Source: an uncultured Candidatus Saccharibacteria bacterium (GTDB lineage Bacteria; Patescibacteriota; Minisyncoccia; Phycocordibacterales; PALSA-1337). From it: a stretch of 64,000 bases of DNA. A program made the translations under genes and the position numbers. The stretch is taken from contig CAZLCD010000001.1 of NCBI GenBank assembly GCA_964558375.1, forward strand, positions 209,160-273,159, given 5' to 3'. Each line of letters opens with the position of its first letter. Within the stretch, counting starts at the first letter, position 1. The notes beneath the pieces were generated by a model that had not been told where the DNA came from, did no database searches, and saw only the letters and a program-made list of their open reading frames with translations. Shown here one piece after another: positions 1 through 8,450 of the stretch.

Positions 1-3000
1 CCGGTTTTCAGGTAATTGATATCTCAAATCCCGTTTCCCCAACTCTTGTTGGAACATATGCTTCTGCTACTAATGCTGAAGGGATCTATGTTTCTGGTAA
101 GTACGCCTATGTAACCAATTCTACAGATTTTGTTATATTAGATATCTCAAATCCTGCATCTCCATCGCTTGTAGGGACATATGTCAGTCCTTCGGACGCT
201 ATCGATGTCTACGTATCCGGCAAATATGCATATGTTGCAGATGATGCTGGTTTACTCATTATTAATATCTCAAATCCTGCATCTCCATCGCTTGTAGGTA
301 CACAAACGACAAATGCTTACTCTGTCTTTGTTTCAGGTAAATATGCATATACAGCTTCTGGTTCATCTGGTCTAAAAATCCTCGACATCAACGGTATCGA
401 AACCCCATCCCTATACGCAGGTAACATAGAGACAAACGTACTAAACGCTACAGAAAACATAATCGCAGGAGGAGATATATATGCTCAAGGAGGTCTAAAT
501 GTCGGTATCTCCGGTATCTTCTCTAGAGGTACTATCTCTGCATTTATAGCTTCTACTACTCAGACTAATCCAGTAGTTGCTACATTTATGGGAGGTAGTG
601 TAGGAATCGGCACCACCACTCCATACTCAAAACTTTCTGTCTGGGGATCTTCGAATGGCACAGCTCGACTTTTTGAACTTACCAATTCTGCTTCCACAAC
701 CCTAGCTTCTTTCTTAGAAAACGGAACAGGTTATTTCCTAGGAAATATCGGAGTTGGTACAACATCTCCTTATGCAAAGCTATCTGTTGTCGGCCAAGCT
801 GTAGCTGCATACTTCACTGCAACCACTTCTACCGCTTCCACTTTCCCTTATGCTTCGACCACAGCTATCACTTCTAGTGGTTCAGCATATTTCGGAACTT
901 CATCTGGTGGAGTATTGATCGGCACTACTACAGCAACTTCAACTTCCAAACTCACACTTGCCGGTGGAAACTTTTTACATACAGCAGTGGGGAATCCGAC
1001 ATTGAAGGGATCATATAATACAACAGGTGATGCTCATGATGTGTTCGTCTCTGGTAAATATACTTATATTGCTGATGGTGGCTCAGGACTTCATATCATA
1101 GACACTTCCAATCCTGGATCACCGGTTCTTATAGGAACTTACAATACTTCTAGTTTTGCTTACGGTGTTAAAGTGTCCGGCAAATATGCCTATGTTGCGG
1201 ATTATAGTTCTGGTCTTAATATCATCGATGTTTCAAACCCAACAGCACCTACTCTTGTAGGAATATATAATACAAGTGATCATGCATATGATGTGTATGT
1301 TTCCGGAAAATACGCTTACGTTGCGGATGATGGAACAGGTCTTAATATTATTGATATATCAGATCCAACAACACCAACTCTTGTCGGAACATATAATACA
1401 TCTTCTGGTTCCCAGGGTGTGCAAGTTTCCGGAAAATATGCTTACGTTGCGGATAGTTCATCAGGTCTCAATATTATAGACATATCAAATCCAACAGCAC
1501 CTTCTTTGGTTGGTATATACGATACTGGAGATGCTTTTGACGTTTATGTTTCTGGTAAGTACGCATATGTGGCAGATTTTCTTGGTTTGAAAATTGTAAA
1601 TATTTCCAACCCTGCTTCACCTTCACTTGTGAGTACATATAGTCCTATTACTATACCCGGTGTAGTTGATGGTATTTATGTTGCTGGTAACTACGCTTAT
1701 ATAACAGTTGATGATGAAAGTTCGGATTCAGGTCTAGTAATTGTAAATATCTCAAATCCTGCATCACCATCACTAGTTGGAACTTATAATGTTGCTGGTG
1801 CATCAGATTTTCTAACTCATGACGATGTTTTTGTTTCCGGAAAGTATGCATACATGGCAAATGGAGCTGCCGGCCTCCAAATAATAGACATCAACGGTAT
1901 CGAAACCCCATCCCTATACGCAGGTAATATCGAAACCAATGTACTCAACGCTACAGAAAACATAATCGCAGGAGGAGACATATATGCTCAAGGAGGTCTC
2001 AATGTAGGAATCTCAGGTATCTTCTCTAGAGGAACTATCTCTGCATTCATCGCTTCTACTACTCAGACAAATCCTGTAGTTGCTACATTCATGGGAGGTA
2101 ATGTGGGTATCGGAACAACATCTCCATGGCGTACTCTTTCTGTAACTGGTTCATCTGATCTTGGTAACAATGCTCTAGCTGGATACTTCACTGCAACCAC
2201 CACAGCTACCTCAACCTTCGGAGGCTCTCTAGCTGTAACAGAAACCAATGCCACTTCAACTTTTGCAGGAGGTATAGACCTCTCTGATGGATGCTTCGCT
2301 ATTGATGGAGTGTGTCTAAGTGTAGGAGGAGGAAGTTACGGAGACACAAACGTTAACTCCTACATCCACGCTTCTAGTACAATCCCAAAGACATATACTG
2401 CGAATACTTTTACAGCAGATCAAACATTTAGTGGATCAATCGTAGCAAATGGAGCTATATATGCAAATAATCTATATGGAGGAAATGCTGCTGTGACTTG
2501 GAACGGAGCAACAGCTCTACCGATAAACCAATTTAACTTTAATTTTGGTAATAATGCTCTTGCATATACATCAGGAAATGGAGGAGTGTTTAAAATTGCT
2601 GCTGCTTATAATCAGACTGGTACCGCTGCCAACACTGATCTTTTAATAAGTAGAACTGAAACAGCGATAGGATCTGGATTGCAATATTTAATCGATGCAC
2701 AAGTGGGTAGCGCAAGTAAATTCAATGTAACTAATACAGGTCAAGGATATTTCCTAGGTAACCTAGGAATCGGAACAAGCTCCCCATATGCGAAACTTTC
2801 TGTTGTCGGTCCGGTAGTTGCTCAATATTTCCATGCTACCTCTACAACAGCGACAAGTACTATCGGTGGCTCACTTGTTGTCGGTGGCCCAAGAGTCTTT
2901 TCTGGCTATTCTGTAACTGGCGGTCTTGGAAATATCGCGGCTGGTGATGCTCAAGCTGGTACAGCTATCAATGCGTCTGGTCAAGGTGCTTTTGCTTACG

Positions 3001-6000
3001 GTCAGACGACCTCATCACTTGGAGGAACCTCACTCATTCTTTCATCAGGTCAGGGTAGTTTGGCGGGTGGTCGGACAAGTGGTATTTTCGGATCAGCAAC
3101 CACCACATCATCTGGAAATGGTTCAATCGCTTGGGGGTATGCTGAGTCTGCAGGTCCAGGTACTTCCGCCAACCTAACCTCTTCCGGCACAGGTTCTATT
3201 GTTCTTGGTGCAGCCTCTAACAAGAATCTAACCTCTTCTGCTATAGGTTCATTTGCTGGTGGTTATGCAAGTGCTGGTAATATTCTTTCTTCTGCAGATG
3301 GTGCGTTTGCATTCGGAGATAACATCACAGCTTCTGCTGCACTTTCCACTGCCTTCGGTTCTGGGTTTACAAACAACACTGCAAATAGCTTTATGGTTGG
3401 TTATGGTTCAACTCCAACTCTTACAGTAGATGCTACAAATGTAGGTATCGGTACCACATCTCCATATGCAAAACTTTCTGTTGTTGGCCAAGCTGTCGCT
3501 GCATACTTCACCGCTACTACTTCCACCGCTTCTACTTTCCCTTACGCTTCTACTACAGCTATTACTTCTTCAGGTTCTGCGTATTTTGGAACTTCATCTG
3601 GTGGAGTATTGATCGGTACAACCACAGCCAACTCAACCTCAAAACTCACCCTAGCAGGAGGAAACTTCATACACACAGCTGTCGGTGACCCGACATTGAA
3701 GGGTACATACAACACACCCGGCACTTCTGGTGGGGTATATGTCTCTGGTAAATATGCTTATGTAGCAGACGGTACATCTCTTCAAATTATTGATATATCA
3801 AACCCAGCATCACCAACTTCTATAGGATCATACGCATCTTCTGGATCAATATTTTCTGTATCCGTCTCTGGTAAATATGCCTATGTTACAGTATCTGATT
3901 TACTAGGATCTTTTTTAATTATTGATGTTTCAAATCCAGCATTACCAACACTTGTTGGTTCAGCAATTACTAGTAGTGATGTATCTTATTCCTATGTTTC
4001 TGGAAAGTATGCATATGTTTCTGATAATCTTGCTGGACTAAAGATTTTTGACATTTCAGATCCTAGATCACCAAGTCTTCTTTCAACATATGCTCCAGGT
4101 ACTGAGAATACGGGTGTATATGTTTCTGGTAAATATGCATACATTGCAGATAGTTCATCTGGTATTCAAATCCTAGATATTTCAAATCCAGTCTCACCGT
4201 CTTTGATGGGAACATATAATACTAGTGGCGCAGCTCTCGGTATATATGTTTCTGGTAAATACGCATATGTTGCAGATGGTAGCTCAGGTCTACAGATTGT
4301 AAATATCTCTAACCCAGCCTCACCGGCTCTTGTTGGAACATATAATACTACTGGAACCGCCTATGATGTTTACGTCTCTGGAAGATACGCATATGTTGCT
4401 GATGATACCTCAGGCGTCCATGTTATCGATGTCCTAAACCCAGCTTCGCCATCTCTTGTAGGAACATACAATACATCAGGCAATGCTGCTGGAATATATG
4501 TCTCTGGTAAATACGCATATGTAGCAGATAGTGCCTCCGGCCTCCAAATCCTCGACATCAACGGTATCGAAACCCCATCCCTATACGCAGGTAATATCGA
4601 AACCAACGTCCTCAATGCCACAGAAAACATAATCGCAGGAGGAGACATCTATGCTCAAGGAGGATTAAATGTCGGTATCTCTGGTATCTTCTCTAGAGGA
4701 ACTATCTCAGCTTTTATAGCTTCTACAACTCAGACAAATCCTGTGGTTGCTACATTTATGGGGGGGAATGTGGGAATTGGAACTACCTCTCCATGGCGTA
4801 GACTATCTGTAAATGGTTCATCAGATCTTGGTATAAATGCTCTAGCTGGATACTTCACCGCTACTACTTCCACTGCTTCTACTTTCCCTTATGCTTCGAC
4901 CACAGCCATCACTTCTTCAGGTTCTGCTTATTTTGCTACTACTGGTGGGAATGTGGGAATTGGAACAACTTCACCTTATGCAAAACTTTCTGTTGTCGGT
5001 CCGGTAGTTGCAGAATATTTTAATGCTACAAGTACAAATGCGACTTCTACTTTCCTGGGAGGGGTCGCTATAGGTGGACCATTTAGAGGACAAGTAAGTC
5101 CATACACAAGAGTAGAATTTTCTGATCCTACTAGTGGTTATTATTCTGATTGGAGTTTTGATCTAGCTGGAGGCGGATCAGGTGCTATTAATTTTGGTTC
5201 ATCTGCTGGTACATATGCCTCTAGAAGTGTGAGAACACTTACCCCTTCTGTTATAGGTACATATCTATATAACACACTAGGATCAATGATCAGTCGTACT
5301 TGGGACGGAACAGCTTTTAAAGAATCATCAGCTATTTCATTTGAATACGATGCAGCTTTAGGTACCAATGATGTTCCTGGAGCTATATCTTTCTATACAT
5401 CCGCAGATGGTACTGCTACCCCTCGAAACCGTATGATGATTCGTAGTAGTGGAAACGTCGGTATCGGTACAACTTCTCCTTATGCAATACTCACTACCTG
5501 GGGAACTACTACAGGCAAAATCTTTGAAGCTGTAACTTCTGCTTCTACTACAGCTCTCTCTATCTCTGCTACAGGTTTTGCAACTACTACTGTATCTGGT
5601 CTAACAATTGCAGGATCTGCTACCTCTACATCCAATGTAGGCTTCAATCTTTCCGGAGGATGTTTTGCGGTCAATGGTACTTGTGTAGGAGGATCTTCTT
5701 CTGGTTCAAGTTTTGCATACCCATTTACCCCAACAACTAACTATAGTTCAACCAATCAAGCAACAACAGGTATAGCATGGTTCCAGAATGGTATAAATGC
5801 ATCTTCAACATCACATTTTGTAAATGCTTCTACTACCATGATATCTGTAAATGACTTACTCATCAGTAGTCCAGTGGCTAACAGTTTGTTTGTAGGTACA
5901 GATGCTGGTATGGGTGCAACTAGTGCTCTCAACTCACACTTCATTGGATATAATTCTGGTAATAGCGCTACCAATGCTTATGAAGCTAACTTTATCGGAA

Positions 6001-8432
6001 TAAGTGCTGGAAATGGTGCAACTAATGCTAACAATTCAAACTTCATTGGAATGATTGCTGGTCAACATGCAACTGATGCCTCCTACTCAAACTTCTTTGG
6101 GTGGGGTGCGGGTGAAGCGTCATTTAATTCATCTTATTCAAACTTCATGGGACAGAGCGCTGGAGCTTATGCGACATACGCAGAGTATTCAAACTTCATT
6201 GGAGCTTATGCAGGTTACTCTGCAACCAATGCCTCCACTTCAAACTTCATTGGGTATAATGCTGGTACCGGTGCAGCAGATGCAAACAACTCTATATTCT
6301 TGGGTTATCAATCTGGATACTATGACACAGTCAACAATATAGGTACTGGCAAATCTTCTATCCTAATCGGAGACTATACATCTACTGGTGGTTTTTCAAA
6401 CAGTATCGCTATCGGTCAAGGAACAGCAAATAATGCAGCGCGACAAATAAACCTTGGTAATGTTCTCTATGCTACTGGTATTTATAATGGCATTACTCCA
6501 TCATCAATTCCTACATCAGGTAATATAGGAATCGGTACTTCATCTCCATACGCAAAACTATCCGTTGTTGGTCCAGTAGTTGCAGAATATTTCCATGCGA
6601 CATCTACAACTGCGACTTCTACAATAGCTGGAGGTCTTGATGTAAACAGTGGAGGACTACTCTATGATTTCAATACCGGTATTACATCTATCGGAGCGAT
6701 AGAAACTGGCGCATTCAACTTTGATACAGACGCAGGTCAGGTGAACTGGGTCAATCTTCCAGTTACTTCATCTGCGGTATCTGGTCTTGTACAGAGTTAC
6801 ACTGCAAGCATTGCAGATATCTCTCTACTTACTTTATATGCTGAAGCTACAGGAGTAGATAATACTGTGAGAAAAACTGCAGTCGGTATTGGTTCTACTA
6901 CTCCGATGGCTCTTCTAACAATACAAAACAATGCCTTCACAGCCTCAAGTACTTATGACTTCTTTATAGCTTCTACAACTGCGGCGTACGCAACTACTAC
7001 ACACTTTGCTATCACCAATACTGGAAATGTGGGAGTAGCGACATCGACTCCATGGGGACTCTTGTCTGTTGAGCAGGGAACAGAAGGTGCTTCATTCGTT
7101 GTTTCAAATACTGGAAGTACCACTCCGTCATTTATAGTTAGTGGAGTCAATGGTAATGGACATGTCGGAGTAGGAACTTCTACTCCTTGGAAAACTCTTT
7201 CAGTTACCGGAACTGTGGCTATCGATGGACTTACAGCTGCAGGTGCTTCTGGAGATGCTTTATGTCTAGGCGCTGGAAAAGAAGTTCAAGTAAATACAGG
7301 AGCACAGACATGTACTGTATCTTCTGCAAGATTCAAGAATAATATTGCAAACCTTGATATAGGTCTTGAGGCATTGAATAAATTGAATCCAGTTTCATTT
7401 ATCTACAATGGCTCAACTGAAAACAGAATAGGATTCATCGCAGAAGAAGTAGGTGCTGTAGACAAGAGACTTATCTTCACTGAAGCAGATGGAGTAACAC
7501 CAAGAGGTGTACGTTATGAAGACATGGTGGCGGTACTTGCAAAGGCGATCAAAGAACAACAAGTTCAGATCAATGCTTTCCAATCTGCTACTTCTACTTC
7601 AAGCAACACACATTCAACTAGTACGATAATTGTTAATAACAATACAAATTCTTCAAATTCATCATCTAACCTTTCTGAAGAAGCGATAGCGTCTATCACT
7701 TCAAATGCTAGTGCAGCCGCTCTCTCTGGTCTTACTGCTGTTGTTGCTGACCTATTTGCTTCATCGACTGTCTTAAATAATCTTGCTTCAAGTACAGGAG
7801 CTTTGGTCGCTGGCAATGTCGCTGACACTTTGGCAAGCTCTACTCCTTCATTTATCTCTAGAGTTGCTTCTGCTGTGATCGAGGGTCTAAAGAGTTCTAC
7901 AGAATGGGTCTTTGCAAAGATCACTGCAACTCTTGCGATCTTCGATAGAGTAGAGACAAAGACTCTATGTATAGGTGAGACTTGTGTAAACGAAGATCAG
8001 CTTAAGGCATTACTTGCTCAAGCGGGCGTTCCAGCAGCAACAGCTACAACAACGGCAACTACTACACCTGTAGTTGTTGGCGATGAAGAAGGAAATGAGG
8101 TTAAAGATTTTAAAATAAAAGTAGATAATACAGAAGATACTACAGTAGATAAAATCTCTACAACAACAGTTGCAAATACAGATACTTCTACTACAACAAC
8201 TACTACTATTCTCGTAGAAGAACCTTTGGGTAACCCGATAATAATTGAAGAGCCTAAGGTGGAGGTATCTCCCGCAGTGGAAGTTAAAGAAGATATAAAA
8301 GAAGAAGTAACTCCAAAAGAGGAAGTTAAAGAAGAAGTTAAAGAGGATGTAAAGGAAGAGAAGGTAGAGGAGAAAAAGGAAGAAGTGTCAGAGCCAGAAG
8401 AATCAAAGCCAGCAGAGGAGAAGACAGAGTAA
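1..8432 (+). CDS. giant secreted/surface protein, 5'-partial; the frame opens at nt 3 with no stop before the track ORF at 588. Contains LVIVD-type beta-propeller repeats, tail-fibre-like Gly-rich repeats, a C-terminal peptidase S74-like intramolecular chaperone domain and a Thr/Glu/Lys-rich tail.
   Basis: Manual translation of nt 3-587 in the frame of the 588..8432 ORF gives 'GFQVIDISNPVSPTLVGTY...SGKYAYV...' with no stop, so the gene starts upstream of the window. Over 25 repeats of 'SGKYAYVAD..GL.IIDISNP..P.LVGTY' (LVIVD-like) are present. 'GIGTTSPYAKLSVVG' motifs match phage tail-fibre proteins. The C-terminal 'SSARFKNNIANLD...PVSFIYNG...IGFIAEEV...VRYEDMVAVLAKAIKE' matches the S74 chaperone-of-endosialidase signature. 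Confidence 0.8.
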   Translation, partial: GFQVIDISNPVSPTLVGTYASATNAEGIYVSGKYAYVTNSTDFVILDISNPASPSLVGTYVSPSDAIDVYVSGKYAYVADDAGLLIINISNPASPSLVGTQTTNAYSVFVSGKYAYTASGSSGLKILDINGIETPSLYAGNIETNVLNATENIIAGGDIYAQGGLNVGISGIFSRGTISAFIASTTQTNPVVATFMGGSVGIGTTTPYSKLSVWGSSNGTARLFELTNSASTTLASFLENGTGYFLGNIGVGTTSPYAKLSVVGQAVAAYFTATTSTASTFPYASTTAITSSGSAYFGTSSGGVLIGTTTATSTSKLTLAGGNFLHTAVGNPTLKGSYNTTGDAHDVFVSGKYTYIADGGSGLHIIDTSNPGSPVLIGTYNTSSFAYGVKVSGKYAYVADYSSGLNIIDVSNPTAPTLVGIYNTSDHAYDVYVSGKYAYVADDGTGLNIIDISDPTTPTLVGTYNTSSGSQGVQVSGKYAYVADSSSGLNIIDISNPTAPSLVGIYDTGDAFDVYVSGKYAYVADFLGLKIVNISNPASPSLVSTYSPITIPGVVDGIYVAGNYAYITVDDESSDSGLVIVNISNPASPSLVGTYNVAGASDFLTHDDVFVSGKYAYMANGAAGLQIIDINGIETPSLYAGNIETNVLNATENIIAGGDIYAQGGLNVGISGIFSRGTISAFIASTTQTNPVVATFMGGNVGIGTTSPWRTLSVTGSSDLGNNALAGYFTATTTATSTFGGSLAVTETNATSTFAGGIDLSDGCFAIDGVCLSVGGGSYGDTNVNSYIHASSTIPKTYTANTFTADQTFSGSIVANGAIYANNLYGGNAAVTWNGATALPINQFNFNFGNNALAYTSGNGGVFKIAAAYNQTGTAANTDLLISRTETAIGSGLQYLIDAQVGSASKFNVTNTGQGYFLGNLGIGTSSPYAKLSVVGPVVAQYFHATSTTATSTIGGSLVVGGPRVFSGYSVTGGLGNIAAGDAQAGTAINASGQGAFAYGQTTSSLGGTSLILSSGQGSLAGGRTSGIFGSATTTSSGNGSIAWGYAESAGPGTSANLTSSGTGSIVLGAASNKNLTSSAIGSFAGGYASAGNILSSADGAFAFGDNITASAALSTAFGSGFTNNTANSFMVGYGSTPTLTVDATNVGIGTTSPYAKLSVVGQAVAAYFTATTSTASTFPYASTTAITSSGSAYFGTSSGGVLIGTTTANSTSKLTLAGGNFIHTAVGDPTLKGTYNTPGTSGGVYVSGKYAYVADGTSLQIIDISNPASPTSIGSYASSGSIFSVSVSGKYAYVTVSDLLGSFLIIDVSNPALPTLVGSAITSSDVSYSYVSGKYAYVSDNLAGLKIFDISDPRSPSLLSTYAPGTENTGVYVSGKYAYIADSSSGIQILDISNPVSPSLMGTYNTSGAALGIYVSGKYAYVADGSSGLQIVNISNPASPALVGTYNTTGTAYDVYVSGRYAYVADDTSGVHVIDVLNPASPSLVGTYNTSGNAAGIYVSGKYAYVADSASGLQILDINGIETPSLYAGNIETNVLNATENIIAGGDIYAQGGLNVGISGIFSRGTISAFIASTTQTNPVVATFMGGNVGIGTTSPWRRLSVNGSSDLGINALAGYFTATTSTASTFPYASTTAITSSGSAYFATTGGNVGIGTTSPYAKLSVVGPVVAEYFNATSTNATSTFLGGVAIGGPFRGQVSPYTRVEFSDPTSGYYSDWSFDLAGGGSGAINFGSSAGTYASRSVRTLTPSVIGTYLYNTLGSMISRTWDGTAFKESSAISFEYDAALGTNDVPGAISFYTSADGTATPRNRMMIRSSGNVGIGTTSPYAILTTWGTTTGKIFEAVTSASTTALSISATGFATTTVSGLTIAGSATSTSNVGFNLSGGCFAVNGTCVGGSSSGSSFAYPFTPTTNYSSTNQATTGIAWFQNGINASSTSHFVNASTTMISVNDLLISSPVANSLFVGTDAGMGATSALNSHFIGYNSGNSATNAYEANFIGISAGNGATNANNSNFIGMIAGQHATDASYSNFFGWGAGEASFNSSYSNFMGQSAGAYATYAEYSNFIGAYAGYSATNASTSNFIGYNAGTGAADANNSIFLGYQSGYYDTVNNIGTGKSSILIGDYTSTGGFSNSIAIGQGTANNAARQINLGNVLYATGIYNGITPSSIPTSGNIGIGTSSPYAKLSVVGPVVAEYFHATSTTATSTIAGGLDVNSGGLLYDFNTGITSIGAIETGAFNFDTDAGQVNWVNLPVTSSAVSGLVQSYTASIADISLLTLYAEATGVDNTVRKTAVGIGSTTPMALLTIQNNAFTASSTYDFFIASTTAAYATTTHFAITNTGNVGVATSTPWGLLSVEQGTEGASFVVSNTGSTTPSFIVSGVNGNGHVGVGTSTPWKTLSVTGTVAIDGLTAAGASGDALCLGAGKEVQVNTGAQTCTVSSARFKNNIANLDIGLEALNKLNPVSFIYNGSTENRIGFIAEEVGAVDKRLIFTEADGVTPRGVRYEDMVAVLAKAIKEQQVQINAFQSATSTSSNTHSTSTIIVNNNTNSSNSSSNLSEEAIASITSNASAAALSGLTAVVADLFASSTVLNNLASSTGALVAGNVADTLASSTPSFISRVASAVIEGLKSSTEWVFAKITATLAIFDRVETKTLCIGETCVNEDQLKALLAQAGVPAATATTTATTTPVVVGDEEGNEVKDFKIKVDNTEDTTVDKISTTTVANTDTSTTTTTTILVEEPLGNPIIIEEPKVEVSPAVEVKEDIKEEVTPKEEVKEEVKEDVKEEKVEEKKEEVSEPEESKPAEEKTE
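381..630 (+). repeat. intragenic module A, copy 1 ('ILDINGIETPSLYAGNIETNVLNATENIIAGGDIYAQGGLNVGISGIFSRGTISAFIASTTQTNPVVATFMGG.VGIGTT')
   Basis: About 250 nt that recurs almost identically at 1885-2130 and 4551-4795, as read directly from the sequence. Confidence 0.85.
741..1000 (+). repeat. intragenic block B ('GIGTTSPYAKLSVVGQAVAAYFTATTSTASTFPYASTTAITSSGSAYFGTSSGGVLIGTTTA.STSKLTLAGGNF'), copy 1. Copy 2 lies at 3436-3690 and a partial copy at about 4840-4940.
   Basis: Near-identical protein segments and highly similar DNA at the two locations. Confidence 0.8.
1885..2130 (+). repeat. intragenic module A, copy 2
   Basis: Near-identical nucleotide and protein repeat of 381-630. Confidence 0.85.
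4551..4795 (+). repeat. intragenic module A, copy 3
   Basis: Near-identical nucleotide and protein repeat of 381-630. Confidence 0.85.
7300..7585 (+). other. peptidase S74-like intramolecular chaperone (auto-processing) domain inside the giant protein
   Basis: 'CTVSSARFKNNIANLDIGLEALNKLNPVSFIYNGSTENRIGFIAEEVGAVDKRLIFTEADGVTPRGVRYEDMVAVLAKAIKEQQ'. The Ser-x-x-R-x-K-x-N-I start and the GFIAEEV / VRYEDMV blocks are characteristic of the endosialidase and tail-fibre C-terminal chaperone domain. Confidence 0.75.
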
Positions 8433-8450
8433 ATAAATGATTAAAATAAA

